DNA of 64,000 nucleotides from Escherichia coli (GTDB lineage Bacteria; Pseudomonadota; Gammaproteobacteria; Enterobacterales; Enterobacteriaceae): NCBI RefSeq assembly GCF_011045215.1, contig NZ_CP049201.1; one strand, 5' to 3'. Shown piece by piece: positions 61,930 to 64,000 of this stretch (position 1 is its first letter; each line of letters starts with the position of its first letter). The notes under the pieces were generated by a model. It saw only the letters and a program-made list of their open reading frames with translations, ran no database searches and was not told where the DNA came from. The position numbers and the translations under genes were made by a program.

Positions 61930-62655
61930 TCAGTGCTCCATAGTGAATTCAATCATGTCGGCGCGCGTCAGGCTGACGGAATACTCCGCCGGGCTGCTTT
62001 CACCGTCACGGTGGTTAAGGGTGCGCACGCACAGCAGCGGCGACATATTCGGGATTTCAAGGCGCTGGCACTCTTTGGCCTGGGCGCGGTGGGCGCTGAT
62101 CCGCGTCTGGCTGCGGCGCAGCGCAATTCCGGTTTGCTCGCGCAGAAAATCGTGCAGCGAGCCGCTGTCGAAGCGTTGCAGCGTCGGCCAGAGGGTGAGG
62201 TCCGCAAAGTAGTGGTCGATTAAACAGAGCGCGACGCCGTTGACCCGACGCAGGGTGCGCAGGTGGATAACGTTCTCGCCCTCGGTAATCCCCAGTGCGT
62301 CTGCAACGTGACCGGAGGCCGGGCGCAGCACAGACAGCAGTTTTTCGCTGGTGGGATGGCTCCCCTGATCCAGCAGGTTCTGGCTAAAACGCGCCTGGGC
62401 GTTGAGCGGGTAATCGAACGGGCGCATCAGCACCAGTACGCCGACGCCCTGACGGCGTTGTACCCAGCCCTTTTCCACCAGTTGGTCGATGGCGCGGCGC
62501 AGGGTGTGGCGATTTACCTCAAAGCGCGCCGCCAGTTGCTGCTCGGCGGGAAGATAGTCGCCGCAGCGGTAGTGTTGACGAAGCTCCTGCTCAAGTTTTG
62601 CGGCTATCTCCTGATAGCGTGTTGGGTAGCTGGTCGGATGTGTAGACAAGTGCAT
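61930..62655 (-). CDS. phnF: GntR-family transcriptional regulator of phosphonate utilisation
   Basis: start at MHLSTHPTSY (241 aa); HTH N-terminus plus UTRA-like C-terminus. Confidence 0.9.
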   Translation of the reverse strand: MHLSTHPTSYPTRYQEIAAKLEQELRQHYRCGDYLPAEQQLAARFEVNRHTLRRAIDQLVEKGWVQRRQGVGVLVLMRPFDYPLNAQARFSQNLLDQGSHPTSEKLLSVLRPASGHVADALGITEGENVIHLRTLRRVNGVALCLIDHYFADLTLWPTLQRFDSGSLHDFLREQTGIALRRSQTRISAHRAQAKECQRLEIPNMSPLLCVRTLNHRDGESSPAEYSVSLTRADMIEFTMEH

Positions 62656-62675
62656 AGATATCAATGCCTCGCTTA

Positions 62676-63455
62676 TCAGATAAAGTGCTTACGCAACCGT
62701 TGAGAGAGGAAATCCAGCAGGCTGACCGTGACGATAATTAGCACCATCAGGGCGCAGGTTTGCTGGAACTGGAAACCGCGAATCGCTTCCCACAGCGTGA
62801 CGCCGATCCCGCCCGCGCCGACCATGCCGACGACGGTCGCCGAGCGGACGTTGGATTCGAAGCGATAGAGGGAGTAGGAGATCAGCAGCGGCATCACCTG
62901 TGGCAGCACGCCGTAGAGGATCTCTTCGAGCTTGTTGGCGCCGGTGGCGCGAATGCCTTCCACCGGGCCGGGTTCAATCGCTTCCACCGCTTCGGAAAGC
63001 AGCTTGGAGAGCACGCCGGTGGTGTGGATAAACAGTGCCAGCACGCCAGCGAATGGACCGAGACCGACGGCGACCACGAACAGCATGGCGAAGACCATTT
63101 CGTTAATGGCGCGGCAGGCGTCCATCAGGCGGCGAACGGGCTGGTAAATCCACCACGGCACCAGGTTTTCGGCGCTCATCAGGCCGAAGGGGATGGAGAG
63201 AACCACCGCCAGCGCCGTGCCCCAGACGGCGATTTGCAGCGTGACGGCCATTTCGGTGAGGTAATCCTGCCACTGGCTGAAATCAGGCGGGAAGAAGTCG
63301 GCGGCGAAAGTCGCCATGTTGCCGCCGTCTTTAATCAGCGTGAGCGGGGCCATTTCCGCGCCCTGCCACGAGACGACCAACACGGCGAGAACAACGGCCC
63401 AGCTCAGAAGCGAGAACCAGCTGTGCTTGGGTGGGGCGATGGTGATGGTTTGCAT
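62676..63455 (-). CDS. phnE: phosphonate ABC transporter permease (apparently intact)
   Basis: start at [11 protein letters not shown] (259 aa) with GGAG RBS; uninterrupted frame; the 280-aa track extension is translated REP sequence. Confidence 0.88.
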   Translation of the reverse strand: MQTITIAPPKHSWFSLLSWAVVLAVLVVSWQGAEMAPLTLIKDGGNMATFAADFFPPDFSQWQDYLTEMAVTLQIAVWGTALAVVLSIPFGLMSAENLVPWWIYQPVRRLMDACRAINEMVFAMLFVVAVGLGPFAGVLALFIHTTGVLSKLLSEAVEAIEPGPVEGIRATGANKLEEILYGVLPQVMPLLISYSLYRFESNVRSATVVGMVGAGGIGVTLWEAIRGFQFQQTCALMVLIIVTVSLLDFLSQRLRKHFI

Positions 63456-63469
63456 GTTTGGCTCCGGTC

Positions 63470-63558
63470 TGTAGGCCGGATAAGGTGCTTGCACCGCATC
63501 CGGCATCAACGCCTGCACATTGTCGGATGCGACGCCGGGGCGTCTTATCCGACCTACG
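63470..63558. repeat. REP elements between phnD and phnE
   Basis: gtaggccggataaggtgcttgcaccgcatccggc ... gtcggatgcgacgccggggcgtcttatccgacctac. Confidence 0.7.
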
Positions 63559-63560
63559 AT

Positions 63561-64000
63561 TTACTGCACCGCTTTACTCACCGAACTCATCGCGCTTAGC
63601 GCGTTGTTCAGGCGGTCCAGGTCATCCAGCTGCGCCTGAATCTCGGTGGTTTTTGCCAGCTTGTCCTGCTCATTCAGTCCTTTATTGCTTTTTACGCCCT
63701 GCATCTCTTTAAAGAGTGCGAGCTGGCGAATCGGCACCAGTTGCAGGTCGCTGGAAGCGCGGAACGGCGCCCAGCCCAGGCGTTCCAGCACCGCTTTTTC
63801 TTCCGGCGTTTTGCCGTAGTTCATAAAGAAGTCGTAGATCTTGTCTTTGGTGGTTTCGGAAAGATTCTTGCGCCAGACGATCGGATCGCCTGGGATCAGC
63901 GGCGACTTCCAGATCACTTTCAGTTCTTTCAACTTCTCCGGCGCGGAGGTTTTCAGCTTGTCGAGGTTTTCGGTGTTGTTGGTCGCCACATCCACCTGCT
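63561..64000 (-). CDS. phnD: phosphonate ABC transporter periplasmic binding protein, 3' portion (start beyond window end)
   Basis: minus-strand ORF with stop at 63561 still open at the window edge; position upstream of phnE. Confidence 0.85.
   Translation of the reverse strand, partial: QVDVATNNTENLDKLKTSAPEKLKELKVIWKSPLIPGDPIVWRKNLSETTKDKIYDFFMNYGKTPEEKAVLERLGWAPFRASSDLQLVPIRQLALFKEMQGVKSNKGLNEQDKLAKTTEIQAQLDDLDRLNNALSAMSSVSKAVQ

Overview
This window reads as a contiguous Escherichia coli chromosomal segment, with gene order matching the K-12 region from ubiC to phnD as I recall it. It runs ubiC(3' end)-ubiA, plsB, dgkA, the SOS genes lexA-dinF, yjbJ, zur, dusA, pspG, qorA, dnaB, alr, tyrB, aphA, yjbQ-yjbR, uvrA/ssb, yjcB, pdeC, soxS/soxR, ghxP, yjcE, yjcF, the actP-yjcH-acs operon, nrfABCDEFG, gltP, yjcO, fdhF (selenoprotein), mdtPON-ytcA, yjcS, yjdP and the C-P lyase cluster phnP to phnD (phnD cut by the window end). 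Identifications rest on recognising the translated ORFs; starts were trimmed where the ORF track over-extends (it uses TTG/GTG starts and runs into REP elements). No rRNA, tRNA, CRISPR array, transposase or integrase was seen. I did not find a coherent multi-gene novel system. The features least explained are three AT-rich single-gene insertions between conserved genes (a 340-aa ORF with an in-frame 30-bp tandem repeat beside zur, a 167-180-aa orphan ORF between tyrB and aphA, and the pentapeptide-repeat gene yjcF) and an rpiB-like remnant at the point where K-12 carries the als operon and rpiB. fdhF is split in the ORF track by its in-frame UGA selenocysteine codon, and phnE appears intact here. 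All comparisons with K-12 are from memory and need alignment to confirm.
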